Source: Blepharisma stoltei ATCC 30299
Taxonomy: Eukaryota > Protista > Ciliophora
DNA length: 64,000 nucleotides
NCBI GenBank assembly: GCA_965603825.1
Contig: CBFDEM010000041.1
Location: 558,001 to 622,000, forward strand
Direction of reading: 5' to 3'
Positions 1-11,713 of this stretch are shown in pieces. The stretch's first letter is position 1; each line of letters opens with the position of its first letter. The notes under the pieces were generated by a model. That model ran no database searches, was not told the DNA's origin, and saw nothing but the letters and a program-made list of their open reading frames with translations. The position numbers and the translations under genes were made by a program.

Positions 1-642
1 CGCTGTCCATTTAACACTTATGAGAGAAGTGGCTTTTCTAATGAAATCTACACCTTGGCAGGTGGAACAGGTACGCATATCGATTCCCCAGCCCATTTCT
101 TTGAGGGCAAGAAAACGATTTCTGATCTTCAGCCAAAAGAACTTGTTTCAAAAGGAGTTCTGATAGACGTAAAAGAAAAGTGCGACGAGGACAATGATTA
201 CGAATTAACAGTTACAGACATAGTTGAATGGGAAAATAAGCATGGAAGAATCCCTGATAGGTCAATTGTTTGCATGAGAACTGGATGGGGAGCTAAATTT
301 GGTCACCCAGAAGAGTATAAAAATCATGATGAGTCTGCAAAACACCCTTATTATCCTGGAGGAGTTATGAGATTCCCTGGGTTTTCAAAAGAAGCAGCTG
401 AGTTTTTGTGCAGTCAAAGAAACATTAATGCGATTGGAATTGATACACTTTCTTTAGATCCTGGAAAATTGACCGATTTTGCTGTTCATAATGCAATCCT
501 GGGGAGTGAGAAGTATCAGATAGAAAACCTGTACTTGGAAGATCTTCCAGAGAGCGGGTTTACAATGATCGCTTTGCCTCTTTTAATTGATCATGCTCCT
601 GAATTGGCTGCAAGGGTTATCGCCATATTGGATTACAATTAA
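1..642 (+). CDS. Cyclase-family protein / KynB-type kynurenine formamidase (5' end outside the window)
   Basis: Frame is open from base 1. Motifs GTGTHIDSPAHF, RTGW, FPGFS, GIDTLSLD and H...QIENL match the cyclase family; ends at TAA. Confidence 0.85.
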   Translation, partial: RCPFNTYERSGFSNEIYTLAGGTGTHIDSPAHFFEGKKTISDLQPKELVSKGVLIDVKEKCDEDNDYELTVTDIVEWENKHGRIPDRSIVCMRTGWGAKFGHPEEYKNHDESAKHPYYPGGVMRFPGFSKEAAEFLCSQRNINAIGIDTLSLDPGKLTDFAVHNAILGSEKYQIENLYLEDLPESGFTMIALPLLIDHAPELAARVIAILDYN

Positions 643-777
643 AGTACAGTTAATTCAAATTTATTAGGTCTATTTTTTAAATTTTCGCTTCTGGTATTAT
701 TTCTACATGCAGAAAAGATTTTTCGATTATCTTAAATATTTATAAAATTTATCTCCAAAAAGTTATTTTTATTAAAT

Positions 778-1400
778 ATGCCAAATAAAGGAAATAGAGA
801 AAACAATTTGGAAAGGAAAATTAGTATTGCCAGAAAGATCATATTCAAGCAAACACAAATTGATATGATTTTATCTAAAAAAATTTTTGAGACCACGTCT
901 AACTCAAATAATCTTGAAAAAGAAAGTTATCTTAATAAATTGATTTCAAAGGACCTTCAAATCTCAAAGATCACCTTACAGAGGATTTGAAAAAAATTAT
1001 ATGCAACATAGTTTTATATTAAAAACAGCAAATCTAATAAATTTGGCATCAAGCTTCTCAATTAATCTGAGTTCGATTTTCAAACAAAGATTTAAACAAA
1101 ATAAAATTCCCTCAAGTAGAGTTGTCATATGGATTGTTTATTAGCACGAATTTCGAGTCAATTAATCTTTATGGAGTCAATTTCTGTATGGTTAATATTA
1201 TCCTTCAAATTTTAGGAGATGCAATATGATCGAAATAGAATTTGGAAAAAGATCCTGAGGACTGGGTTTGGTGGAAGATTGTTTATAATTACATACAGTA
1301 GGCATAAATCTTTTATATTAGTTGCTTAGATGGCATTGTGGAATCAATCAATTTTGCTCCAAAGGCGATTTTATTATTACTAAGAGTCAAAGCGATACAT
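778..1400 (+). pseudogene. Degraded pentapeptide-repeat/WD40 (NACHT-WD40-type) gene relic
   Basis: Fragments FYIKNSK..GIKLLN*SEFDF, KDLNKIKFPQVELSYGLFISTNFESINLYGVNF and IVESINFAPK/GDFIITKSQSD. Stops at 1009 and 1063; frameshift near 1080. Confidence 0.5.
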
Positions 1401-1530
1401 ACAACCCACAAAAAGTTTAAGATAATGGCATTGCTAAGCAAGCATTATATTGTACTTTCATAACATTTTTACATTTATTAAATATTCTAGCTTATAATCG
1501 ATTTTGCTATTTATTTAATTAATTCTTAAA

Positions 1531-3156
1531 ATGTCAGAGCAGCAACTCTTTATATCAGCAGTTTACAAAGGAGATGTTTCTGATGTCTACAGGATTCTTC
1601 GTCGCACATCGATTGAACCCTTCAGCTGTAAAGACGTTAAAGGCTATACTGCACTTCACATTGGCAGCTTAAATGGAAATTTAGGACTTGTCGAGTTTTT
1701 GATTGACTATGTAATTTTTATTAAGATACGACAAACATATAGAGAAAATCAACTAAAAATTCTGACTCAATGATCAAACATCCCTACAGAAGAAGGGTTT
1801 ATTGCCTTGCACTTAGCGAGCTTCAAAGGTCACCATGTAAATCCTACTTAGAAAATATGTGAAAAATTAGTTGAAATTGGCTCGGATATACACAAAGTAA
1901 ATAACCAAGGACTTGGGATGATTCATGTTGCTGCCCAAGGAGACCAACCCTTAATTTTGGCTTATTTTAAAGAACGAGGACTAGATATTGAAAAAAGGGA
2001 CGAAAAAGGAGGAACTGCCCTTCATTGGTCTTCATATATGGGCTGCGAAATGGCTTCAGGTGTTCTCTTAGCTTGGAACGCTAAAAATAACATCCAAGAC
2101 GAAGATGGAAACACCCCTTTGCACCTTGCAACAATCGCAGGAAATTCCAGAATTGTCAGAAATCTCCTTTTAAAAGGGGCAAAAAGGAACATAAAAGACG
2201 GAAAAGGAAGGCTTGCAATTGATGTTGCCATAGAAAATCATCATGAATCTCTGATGGCCATGCTTAAAGAGCCTAATTGACTATCAGAATGCGGAATGAA
2301 GCCTCCATTGCGTCCTCCACAAACGTCTTATGTCTCTTTGATATCGTTTATATTATTTTTTGGAGGAGGGACTTATACTACAATTCTTTTTACTTCTCAA
2401 TATATCCCGGATATCCCACGAATTATATATGCAACTCTTGTTATCATAACTTTTGCAGTTTTTGTTATCGTATGCTCCAGAGACCCAGGATATTTAAAAC
2501 CAGAGCCTGGAATGACTATGCTTAAATTATATGAAACATATGAGCCTCATTTAGTATGCTCTGATTGCATGATATACAGACCTGCAAGATCAAGACATTG
2601 CCAAGTTTGCTATAAATGTGTATCAAAATTCGATCATCATTGCCCTTGGATTAATAACTGTGTGGGAGCTCGCAATTTAGGATGGTTTTTTGTTTTTATT
2701 AATCTGATTTGGCTTACCTTGGCCTCAACTGTAGTTATTAATATAGTAGCTTTAGCAAGTCAAGAAATTGACTTAGAGCTCGTAGACATCCCTTATTTAT
2801 TTTTCAAAATACTGGCTGGGCTCTTATGTGTATTTGGATTTGTGTGTATTCTCCCTGTTAGTTTCTTAGTAACAGTTCACTATCAGAACTTCTGTAAAAA
2901 CATGACCACAAATGAGAGGTTTTCCAAGTCAAAAGTCTCTGAAGACGACGATATTAAACAATTAGCTGCTTCTTTTGTGAACCCTAATCAGTCCAAGCTA
3001 AAAAATTTTGCTGATATGTGCTGCAATAGTTCCCTACCTAGAAGAACTTCAGGTGAGCGCCGCAAAAAAGAAATCAGTGAAGTCAGCTTTGTTGAAATCG
3101 TGAAAGGCTACAACGACCAATATGGCGATTCCTCAAAAGTTCCACTAATTGAATAA
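1531..3156 (+). CDS. Ankyrin-repeat DHHC palmitoyltransferase (Akr1/ZDHHC17-like)
   Basis: Ankyrin repeats (GYTALH, GNTPLH) plus [12 protein letters not shown] and TTNE. Joined by TGA=Trp at 1771 and 2278 and by 15-nt introns at 1711-1725 and 1837-1851. Confidence 0.93.
1711..1725 (+). other. 15-nt intron (in frame, no stop)
   Basis: gtaatttttattaag has GT..AG ends and A at position 10. It would insert VIFIK if retained, so it is not required to keep the ORF open. Confidence 0.65.
1837..1851 (+). other. 15-nt intron
   Basis: gtaaatcctacttag; removal deletes an in-frame TAG and restores the ankyrin repeat. Confidence 0.92.
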
Positions 3157-3368
3157 TTTTAATTTGTATTTTTCATTTGCCTTCATAAATGGCTCGCACT
3201 TATTGACAATCTCAACAGCAATTTATCAAAAATTTTTGACAAACATAGAATATCCATTTAAAAAATTGACGGATTTCCTAGTCAAAACAAAACCATTCAC
3301 CTTCATAAATAGATTTTCATAAATGTCTAGCTGAAACAAAGAAAAATATTGGATAATAATCCATTAAA

Positions 3369-4343
3369 ATGGTATCCTTATTATCAACTCCCACTCTCTT
3401 ATGGGCATCTGGAGTCTACTTGCTCTGGGCAAATAAGAAGAATCCTGAATGTTTTATTTATCGTGATGACATAGGCCAGAGACAAGGTATTAAAGGTTAC
3501 GAAGAACAGGCCATGATTAACAAATTCCACTGGCCTCACGAGCGCTATTTTGGCTCCTACAGTGCCTTGGTGCTGCGACGTGGCTTCAAAGTTTTTACTC
3601 GTTCTTGCAACACCTGCCACGCAATGACGCAGAACAAGTATGATTTCTTGATCAAAAAAGCTTTTAGACAAGGAGAACTAGGCGAGATCGTCAAAGAACT
3701 GGCTCCTGTAAACCCAGGACACTGGTACATCAAAGGGTGGTTCAGACATGAGTGGATGGACAGACCAAAGAGAATTTCAGATTACATGTTCTCTCCTTAC
3801 ATTTCCCCAGATCACGCTAGAAGTGCGAATGGAGGCCTGTTCCCAAGCGATTTAAGCAGAATTGGAATTTCCAAGCCAGGCGGCCCAGCTTATGTATACA
3901 ATATCATGACTGGCTACCATTATGAGCCACCATTCGGAATTGACGTGCCTGAAGGGAAACACTTTAACCCTTATTTCAAACATATGATTATTGGAATGCC
4001 AAGACCTTTATACGATGGTATGATGGAATATGACGACGGAACCCCAGCTTCCACCCCACAAATGGCGTATGATGTTGCAGAATTTTGCCACTTTATGGCT
4101 GCAAAGGACAATTTGGAGTATAGGATTGCTTGGCTGAAGTTCCTTATGATGATAGTGATTTCGTTCCCATTCTGCTATTTCAGATTCAAAATTGCAAAAA
4201 CTGCAATGCTCAGTATGAGAGTAGAACTGTATAACGTATCTGATGGATATCGCAAATATAAGTACTTCAACAGATTCTATAAGCTGAAGAGATCATTTGG
4301 CTGGATGAGACAGCATCCTTCAAACTTCTTCATAGGCAAGTAA
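3369..4343 (+). CDS. CYC1: Mitochondrial cytochrome c1 (complex III)
   Basis: WPH, RRGFKVF, CNTCH haem motif, NPYF, IGMP, YDDGTPASTPQMA and a C-terminal TM segment. Confidence 0.96.
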   Translation: MVSLLSTPTLLWASGVYLLWANKKNPECFIYRDDIGQRQGIKGYEEQAMINKFHWPHERYFGSYSALVLRRGFKVFTRSCNTCHAMTQNKYDFLIKKAFRQGELGEIVKELAPVNPGHWYIKGWFRHEWMDRPKRISDYMFSPYISPDHARSANGGLFPSDLSRIGISKPGGPAYVYNIMTGYHYEPPFGIDVPEGKHFNPYFKHMIIGMPRPLYDGMMEYDDGTPASTPQMAYDVAEFCHFMAAKDNLEYRIAWLKFLMMIVISFPFCYFRFKIAKTAMLSMRVELYNVSDGYRKYKYFNRFYKLKRSFGWMRQHPSNFFIGK

Positions 4344-4381
4344 TTTAAGCCTTTTAGGATAAGTCTTAATTTCATATAAAA

Positions 4382-5644
4382 ATGTTTTCATATAGGCATT
4401 GCATTAATCCAGAGCTAGTTGGAAAAATTCCAACATTGAGCTCCGTTCAAAGTATTGAAGAAAATCTGCCGAGCAAGTTGGAAGCAATAAGTTCAAAAGC
4501 AAAATTAAAGTACAATAAACTTGAGGTAAAAAATGTGGAACAGCCAAAGGGGTTTAACAGAGAGTTGTTTATACCAAAATTGCCATTGCTTTCTTTGAGA
4601 ACTAAGAGAATCAAGAGAAATGAGAAAAAGGTGAAAAAGCTGGTGAAAGAGACGAAAAGGTCAAAATCACTATTGAGATCTCACCATTATATGAAGAATA
4701 AACCAAAAGCTTTAGAGGTGACTTCTACTGATATTTATAATTGAAAGCAGCTATCAGATGAATTGAGGTTTGAGGAGCTAGAAATAAGGCAGAATAAACT
4801 TACAAAACCGTCAAGGTTGAATAAAAGCTGCCTTGAGCATAACGAAATCTTATATAAAAAGCCCTTAAAGTCTCCTTTAGGAACCACTGTATATGAAAAA
4901 ACTAGATCACCAATTATCTCTCCAAAAAGATCACCAAGACCTGCTGCAAATGAGTATCCTGCTCAATTAAGAAGTCTAGATATCTCAGATGAGAATATTG
5001 ATACGCTAAAAGAAAAAGAAAGCACTAAAAACACAGAATTTTCTGTTAAAGGATCTCAAGCATTTCAAAGTATTAATAGTCCAAGATACAATAAGTCTTG
5101 AAATGATTTAACTGCAGTCCAAATTAATTTTCAGAATTTCGTGATGAAAAGCTATAATAAGGTGTTCTCAGCTATTGATACAAATTCAAATGGATTTTTT
5201 ACATATAGTGATGTTTGCAAATTTGTAGACAGCAAAATAAATGAAAATAATCAAAAAATTTGTGAAAGCTTTTGAGGTGCGATCTGCATTGTTTGCAATA
5301 AGCCAAGGATCGCAAAATCAGATTTTTTATCAATATGCTCTGTTATAGAGCATAACAAAGAAGATGATTTCGACTACTTTAATAATTTAGACGAAAAAAG
5401 ATTTTTGCAACTGAGAAAGCAGCTTATTGAGCTAAAAGAGCTTTTTTCTTGCTATTCACTTGGGCACAAAATTGAGAGTCAAGTATTGAGAAAAATCATT
5501 GAAAACTTGCAGAACAATGAGCATCTGCTCAAAATGGAACCTATTATAGCCTCTCAGACTATTGATTTTTCAAGGTTTCTTAGATATTTGCCTTTCTTTA
5601 TTCATCTTCATAAGGAGATTACAAATGTTCTTAATTCAAATTAA
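4382..5644 (+). CDS. Hypothetical protein with an EF-hand-like motif, about 420 aa
   Basis: ORFs 4382, 4763 and 5405 share one frame and are joined by TGA=Trp. Contains the loop FSAIDTNSNGFFTYSDV; ends at TAA. Confidence 0.75.
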
Positions 5645-5670
5645 AAATTGCATGCGATTTTATGGCTAAT

Positions 5671-5874
5671 TTAAGTGTTGTTTAACTTAATGCTCCAATC
5701 AAAAGATACGCTCCAAAAATCTTGTTTTTGTATAGGCAAAAATTCACTTTTAGGGGCTTCCCGGAAATACTGCAAAAAATAAAGAATGTGATGTCTCCAT
5801 AATGGCTTCAGTTTTGGTCTCTTGATAGGCTTGGTAGGATGTATTGACCTGATAGGAGTTCTTGTTGGCTCCAT
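5671..5874 (-). CDS. Small hypothetical protein, 67 aa
   Basis: ATG in TAAATG context, TAA stop, and higher GC than the flanks. Confidence 0.45.
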   Translation of the reverse strand: MEPTRTPIRSIHPTKPIKRPKLKPLWRHHILYFLQYFREAPKSEFLPIQKQDFWSVSFDWSIKLNNT

Positions 5875-6010
5875 TTATTAAAAATAATTTGATCAAGTTA
5901 AATTTTTATCATAAATTATCCATGATTCCGTAATATTATTGCATAAAAATAACTAAAATAATTATTATATGATAGCTATTTATTTAATTTTTATATAAAA
6001 TACAGCTAAA

Positions 6011-7012
6011 TTAAGTTTTATCATTTTTTGGCTGGCTTTCTTCAATTTCACTTGTGCCATTTTCATTCTGATTTTTGCTGTCCTTTCCTAAAGCTTCTTC
6101 TTCCGAGTACTCATCTTGATCCCCATACAAATCCAGCAGCTTCTTCTTTTTCTTCGTAATTCTCTTTTTGCTTTCTTCTTTATACCACTTATAAGCCAGC
6201 TCACTCTGTGAAGGATTTGCCAAGGGATGCAAATCATGTCCTCTTTCATACAATTTTTGTACATATTCTTCTTGCTCAATCATCGGCACCATATCTCCTG
6301 AAATTTTCATCCAAGAGTCTCTGTACATTTGGTCTTCCTCTGAGTCATTGCCTTTTCCTACTTCAAGTTCATTCATTGACCTTGATTTTCCATCATAATT
6401 TGCATTAGTATGGTCTAAATTCCACAAATAGCAGGCAGTGTCATCTCTCACACGATTATTGCTAGTTATGGTTTTGGTTCTTGGGTCAACATTATTTACC
6501 ATTTCACTATAAGCGTAGGTTTGGTTTTTGGCTTCATCATTGATTTCTGCTGATTCAGGATCATTTATTGGCTCTTCAGTATTTTCGATTTTTCGTTTTT
6601 TCTTTTCCGTTTCTATTTGTTCATACTCTTCTATGACCTTTTTATACATGTCTGGCTGGTAGCCGTTCCATCTGTCACGTTTACCGTCATAATCGAGATC
6701 AATTTTTTGAATGTTTTCTTCAGGTCTAAAGTCTCTGTTTGAATATTTTGCCCCGACTTTTCGAGGCCTTTCCACACAGTCTTTGGCACTGTGAGAAGGG
6801 GCTCCACAATTGGCACATGCACCTTTTTGGAATTTTTTGGAAATATTAGATGTTGTACCTTTTGAGTATCAAGTGTCAATGGTAGATTTTAGTTTGGATT
6901 TTTGGGATTTTTGATGGTTTAGAGAGCCTGATTCACCTTTTATATATCATGGAGCTTGGGCGATGAATGAAGGCATATTAGGATTGATTCCATCTGATTC
7001 TTGATTATCCAT
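6011..7012 (-). CDS. SLU7: Pre-mRNA splicing factor SLU7, 333 aa
   Basis: INPNMPSFIAQAPWY (W=TGA at 6947-6949), Zn knuckle CANCGAPSHSAKDC-ERPR, YDGKRDRWNGY and YDGKSRSM. Confidence 0.95.
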
Positions 7013-7119
7013 TTATTAGTTTATTTAAATAATAATTAGAAGCTAATTATCAATTCCAAAAATACAGCCAAATGAAAAATAAATGATCTATTTTCATAAA
7101 TTCCTCTATTAAATAAAAT

Positions 7120-9042
7120 TTAAAGATCTTCATTACCTATTTCTTTTTTCGCTTTTTTTCTTTGTTTTGGCTTTTGCTCCATCGTTTTGCAATACACATC
7201 AGGAAAATATAGCTTATCTCTTTCTTCTCCCATAAATTTATTCCTCAACACATTTTCAAGAAAATCAATTGCATCTTCACTATTAAATTCTCCATAAAGT
7301 CTCGCAATCTTTTTCTTTGCTGGTAAAAATGCTCCTAGTCCAGGCAAATTATTTTCATGAATATCAAAAATTTCTCTGAGCCCAGGATAGCAGGCTCCAT
7401 CTACTCATCCAAAATGATAAGGGAGATTTCTATTTTCCATTAGTGCGCTTGCTTTTTTGAGCACAGAAAGCTCATTTGGGAAATCTTCCTAAATATTATT
7501 TACAGCATTTCCATTAAAAAACCCTATAACGCAGACTCCACCAATGCATTCATCTCTTCACCTATTTTTGTCCCATGATTTTACATCATTTTCAGTTTTG
7601 ACTTTTTTCTTATCTTCTCTATAAAACATAGGCAGGGACATTTGGTCAACAAAATAAAACATGATTTTATAGTCATTTACTTCTCCTGAATACTCAATAA
7701 TTTTTAATTCCCCAGTTTCATTAGCTCTAATAATACTGATCATAGTCGGTATTTTTTTAGGGTTAAAAATATCAGACAATTGTTGTCTTCCGGATTTAAA
7801 TATAGAAAATCTTACTAAATGGTTAAAAGCAGGATCAGCTGCAAGTGCTTTGTAATGGATAGGGGCTTGGCCTTCAGTGAGAAAAATTAGTCCCATTCTT
7901 TTGTCACGTCCTGGCTTATATATAAAATCGTGAAGCTTGTAGTCAGATAATTGAGTCATTTCAAATTTTAAGTGTTTGGCAATTTCAATTTCAATGCTTG
8001 GGAAATCAGTTAAGTATAGAGGATAGCCATTAGGATTGTCTGGAGGGTATAAATAAAGAGAAGGAAATGATTTCACGTGTTCGTCAAGAGCGATTTCATA
8101 TTCTGAAGCATCAGTGCAATTTAATAAAATAAAAGTGACTACACCAGCGTATTCCTTTAATAGCCTATCTCAGTCACTTATCATCTTTTCTTTATAAAAC
8201 TGCACAAAATTTACTTTTTCTTTGTCAAGCCTTGTATAAAAATTATCTGCAGTTAGTCTTATAGGAATAAAATCAGGAATCCTCAGCTTGGGAATTGTTT
8301 TTTCAGCCTGCATAACTAATTTTTCAACTTGCTTTGACTGAACTGCATAGTTTTTAAGAAATTCAGCTATATCGTCATACGCAATTTTCCCAGTATATTT
8401 AATAATATCTTTATTTGTCTTAACAACGACAGCAGGGAAATTATAAATTTGGTACCTTCTAGAATATTCAGTAAGATTTGCCAAGGAAACATAAAAGTTC
8501 AGCCTTCCTCTATAAAGTGAAGACAACCCTTGGTACATTAATGGGACAAAATTTTTTTTTGTAAATAAAATAACAGAATTTATATCAGGGTCATATAGAT
8601 ATTCTTCTGTCTCTCTATTGAGAAAAAGGCCTAGATATGGAATATTTTCAAGTAAATAGTCGGTAATATTTTGTAATGCTCCTGGGCCAGAGTATTTTTT
8701 TAGCTCCACAATTGGTTTTCCAGAATAGGGGTTGTATCCGCTTGGCACATGAATTTCGAACATCGGAAGCATTGATTTGGTCTCTTGAGGGCACAGGACT
8801 TCATCTTCTGTACAATCATAAGCTAAAAGTTGTATGTAATTGTGATACGAATCTAAAATTGAATCAATAATTTCAGCAAACGCTTGAGACCTTTCACCTT
8901 CTCTTTCATAGATCACAATACCTGTTAAATAGTCAGGGTCCTTTATATGTTTCGTTATTTCAGACTTGCTTATAGTTTTGATATAGGAGCTGTCTGTAAA
9001 AAATGCTGCACAAGCTACGGCGAAAAGAAGTATTAGTGCCAT
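7120..9042 (-). CDS. ER-lumen protein with several thioredoxin-like folds (PDI/ERdj5-like, no CxxC seen)
   Basis: Signal peptide MALILLFAVACAA, repeated FP/cis-Pro thioredoxin-like elements and C-terminal NEDL. Joined through TGA=Trp and an intron at 7489-7503. Confidence 0.75.
7489..7503 (-). other. 15-nt intron
   Basis: GTAAATAATATTTAG on the minus strand; removes an in-frame TAG. Confidence 0.9.
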
Positions 9043-9049
9043 ATTTTAC

Positions 9050-10078
9050 TTAATTTAACATTTCTATTGTTTTTCCTTTTCTCAGCTGAATGATTTCTTC
9101 GAGGAAATTCGAGTCCCGCCCACCTCTTAGAGGTTTTATCGAAAGAGGGTTGAATTTGTCTAAGTAGCTGTCTTTCTTGATTGTGCTTCAATCTCTATCT
9201 TTTTTATCTATATCTACTGTCCAGTTATATCGCCCATCAAGAGTTGATCTGGACCTGACTCTGCTTTGAGAAGATCTTATTTGTCTTTTCAAAATTTCTA
9301 TCTTCCGCTGGACTTGGTTTGCTTCTCTAACGATCTTTCTGTTTTTCCTCTGGAGGTTATCCAAGTCAATTTTAACTGATGCTGCTTTGGGCGGAGACAG
9401 CGATGTATTTTCTACCATAGTCTGCCTAGTCTCTCTGAACGATTTCACCATCCAGCTCTGAAAAATCGGTCTTGGTGCTTCACTCAAATGCAGTTTATTA
9501 TGCAAATTAAGTGCACTAAACCAAGCCGCTTCTTGAATATTCGAATATACAGCTTTAATAAATCTCAAATACTCCCCAATCAGCACACTTTTCGTCATAG
9601 TGTCTAAAAACTCGAAAAACGAGTCATAAAATTCACAAAAAGTCAGTCCAAAATTTCCATTAAAATCAATTTCTGCGTCATTAATTGCATATTCCTTAGC
9701 GTATGCTGTATTATTTGGGTCCAAAATATCTTTATATATATTCTCAAACACCTTTATATAAACTGGCTTAGAAATTGACCTTAGCTGTGATGGGTTAATT
9801 AGCCTCCAAAAGCTAAATGCGCTCTGTAGCAGTTTTTCGCTCCTTTTATTTTGCATTCTTTTATTGAACTGGAATAAGGAATATATGTCAGTTGTATCAG
9901 AGCCTGCTCTTTGAACGGTGAATTTTTCTTTTTGGTTTAATAGTGAAACTGTATCTGAGTTTAACTGGGCTGATGGGATTTTTGTGGATTTTCACTTGTG
10001 GGAGGATCTTAGAGGGGAGTAGTCTCTTGATAAGATCTCGATTTCGGTTTGGTAATTCTGCTGAAAGCTGTTTTCCAT
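9050..10078 (-). CDS. Hypothetical protein, 342 aa (degenerate EF-hand-like region)
   Basis: ATG at 10078; open through two TGA=Trp codons to TAA at 9050-9052. Confidence 0.7.
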
Positions 10079-10139
10079 ATGAGAAACTTGTTAATATTAT
10101 GTGTGAAAGAGGAATTAGCTATTAAAATTAGAATGATTT

Positions 10140-10511
10140 TTAGATTAAGCTGTCAATTTGGGACTGTATGATTTCTAAGTTCATGAAGAATTCGTGCAAT
10201 TGATCTCGAGTGTAAGAGAAAGAGCAATTACTTTCGTCTGAAAGCTTGATTTTTAGCTCAGCTTCAGGCAGATTTGAGATTTCGTAGTTATTGCTGAGAG
10301 GAAGGCTAAGTTTCCAGTCAAAGGAGTCAAGAATTACTGGGACACTTGCTGAAAGAGTTTCTGTGATTGCGGAAAAAGGGTGGCCTTCTGGATTATCTCT
10401 TGTATGGTCTGCAATGTGATGTCGGCAAATACTAGTTTCAGGCTCTGTGCATTGACACACAAAATCAGGCTTATTTTCACATTCAGGCTCAATGCACCTA
10501 GAAGTCTCCAT
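10140..10511 (-). CDS. COMM-domain protein with an N-terminal Cys/His Zn-finger-like module
   Basis: C-terminal LDSFDWKL...P...L..FF..LE.IQSQIDSL matches the COMM domain. N-terminus is CIEPEC..CQC..CRHH..H. Confidence 0.75.
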   Translation of the reverse strand: METSRCIEPECENKPDFVCQCTEPETSICRHHIADHTRDNPEGHPFSAITETLSASVPVILDSFDWKLSLPLSNNYEISNLPEAELKIKLSDESNCSFSYTRDQLHEFFMNLEIIQSQIDSLI

Positions 10512-11080
10512 TTTATTTTAAAGCAACTTCTCTTGAATAGTGACTCTTTTGAGTTGCAAAAATTAATTTTTGCTATTTTAGTGCCCAAATAAATTTGGAA
10601 TAAGCAAGTTACCTTGAATTTTAAAAGGAAATGTTCCTCAAAACTTATAAAGAGTCTGGCTAAAATTTAAGAAATTTTTGAGATCCTAAGTAAGTATTAA
10701 ATTAAAATTGCAATGTTGAAACCTTTCTTATCATGATTTTTCTTTAATTTTTAAAGCACAGCTTGCTTAAAAATTAGATTCTATTGATATCTGAATTAAG
10801 CTAATATAATGATTAATAATGCTCAAATGTTGCATATAATAATTTAACGCGTTGAGTTATCAACTTGTCTGATATCCTTAAAAATTATAGCAAAAGATCA
10901 TAATGTTTTATTTTATCGATTACTGGAATATTAACTTAACTTAAAAAAATGTTTTTTGCTCATCCGTTAATTAAGTAGCATTAAAAAATTTCATACTCGC
11001 CAATATCAAGGTTGAAGACATCAAGGAGTCAGCTGAAAAACTCAAACCTGCTGACTCGAATTTCAAATAATCAAGATAAA

Positions 11081-11713
11081 ATGATAAATTTACTCCTCAG
11101 AGATGGCCAAATATTAACAAACAATCATCGTCGCCCATCTTCAAGACAAAGCTTAGTGCCTCCTCCTATGAATAATTTCCCAAATTCTGAAAATTCAAGA
11201 CTTGGCGATGATCTTCCTTCGTTTTCTGTCGGAATTCGATACGTAAAAAGAAAAATAAAAAGCGACTGCCCAAGTGATATTTTGACAAACTCAAATCGTG
11301 ATGATAAATTTGAAGAGAATAATGCGGCTGATTTTCAAAACCCAACTGTTATATGCTGGTCCAGAAATAACTCAATTTCAATAAATCCGCAAGAATGCAG
11401 CAAGTCACCAACTGAAGAAATCCGATTGATGCCATTTAAAAGGCAAAAAATATCTTTTCTAAAAAAGCTGAGGAATAAAAACAAGCTGTATTTGCATGAT
11501 GAATACAGATCAAAAACTCCAAGTCATAAAAGATCAAGGTATATTAATAGTGATGTTGAGAATATTAGGCTAAAAACTCCTGAATTTTTTAAAAAAGCAC
11601 TCGCTAAGATATCGCCAAATACAAAGTATCAAGATTCAAAATGAGTTTTGGATGCAAAAGGTAGTAACAAGAAAAAATCTATTTGCAGTGCCAAGTTTAT
11701 GAGCTTGTTTTAA
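11081..11713 (+). CDS. Hypothetical low-complexity protein
   Basis: First ATG at 11081, TGA=Trp at 11642, TAA at 11711-11713. Confidence 0.55.
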
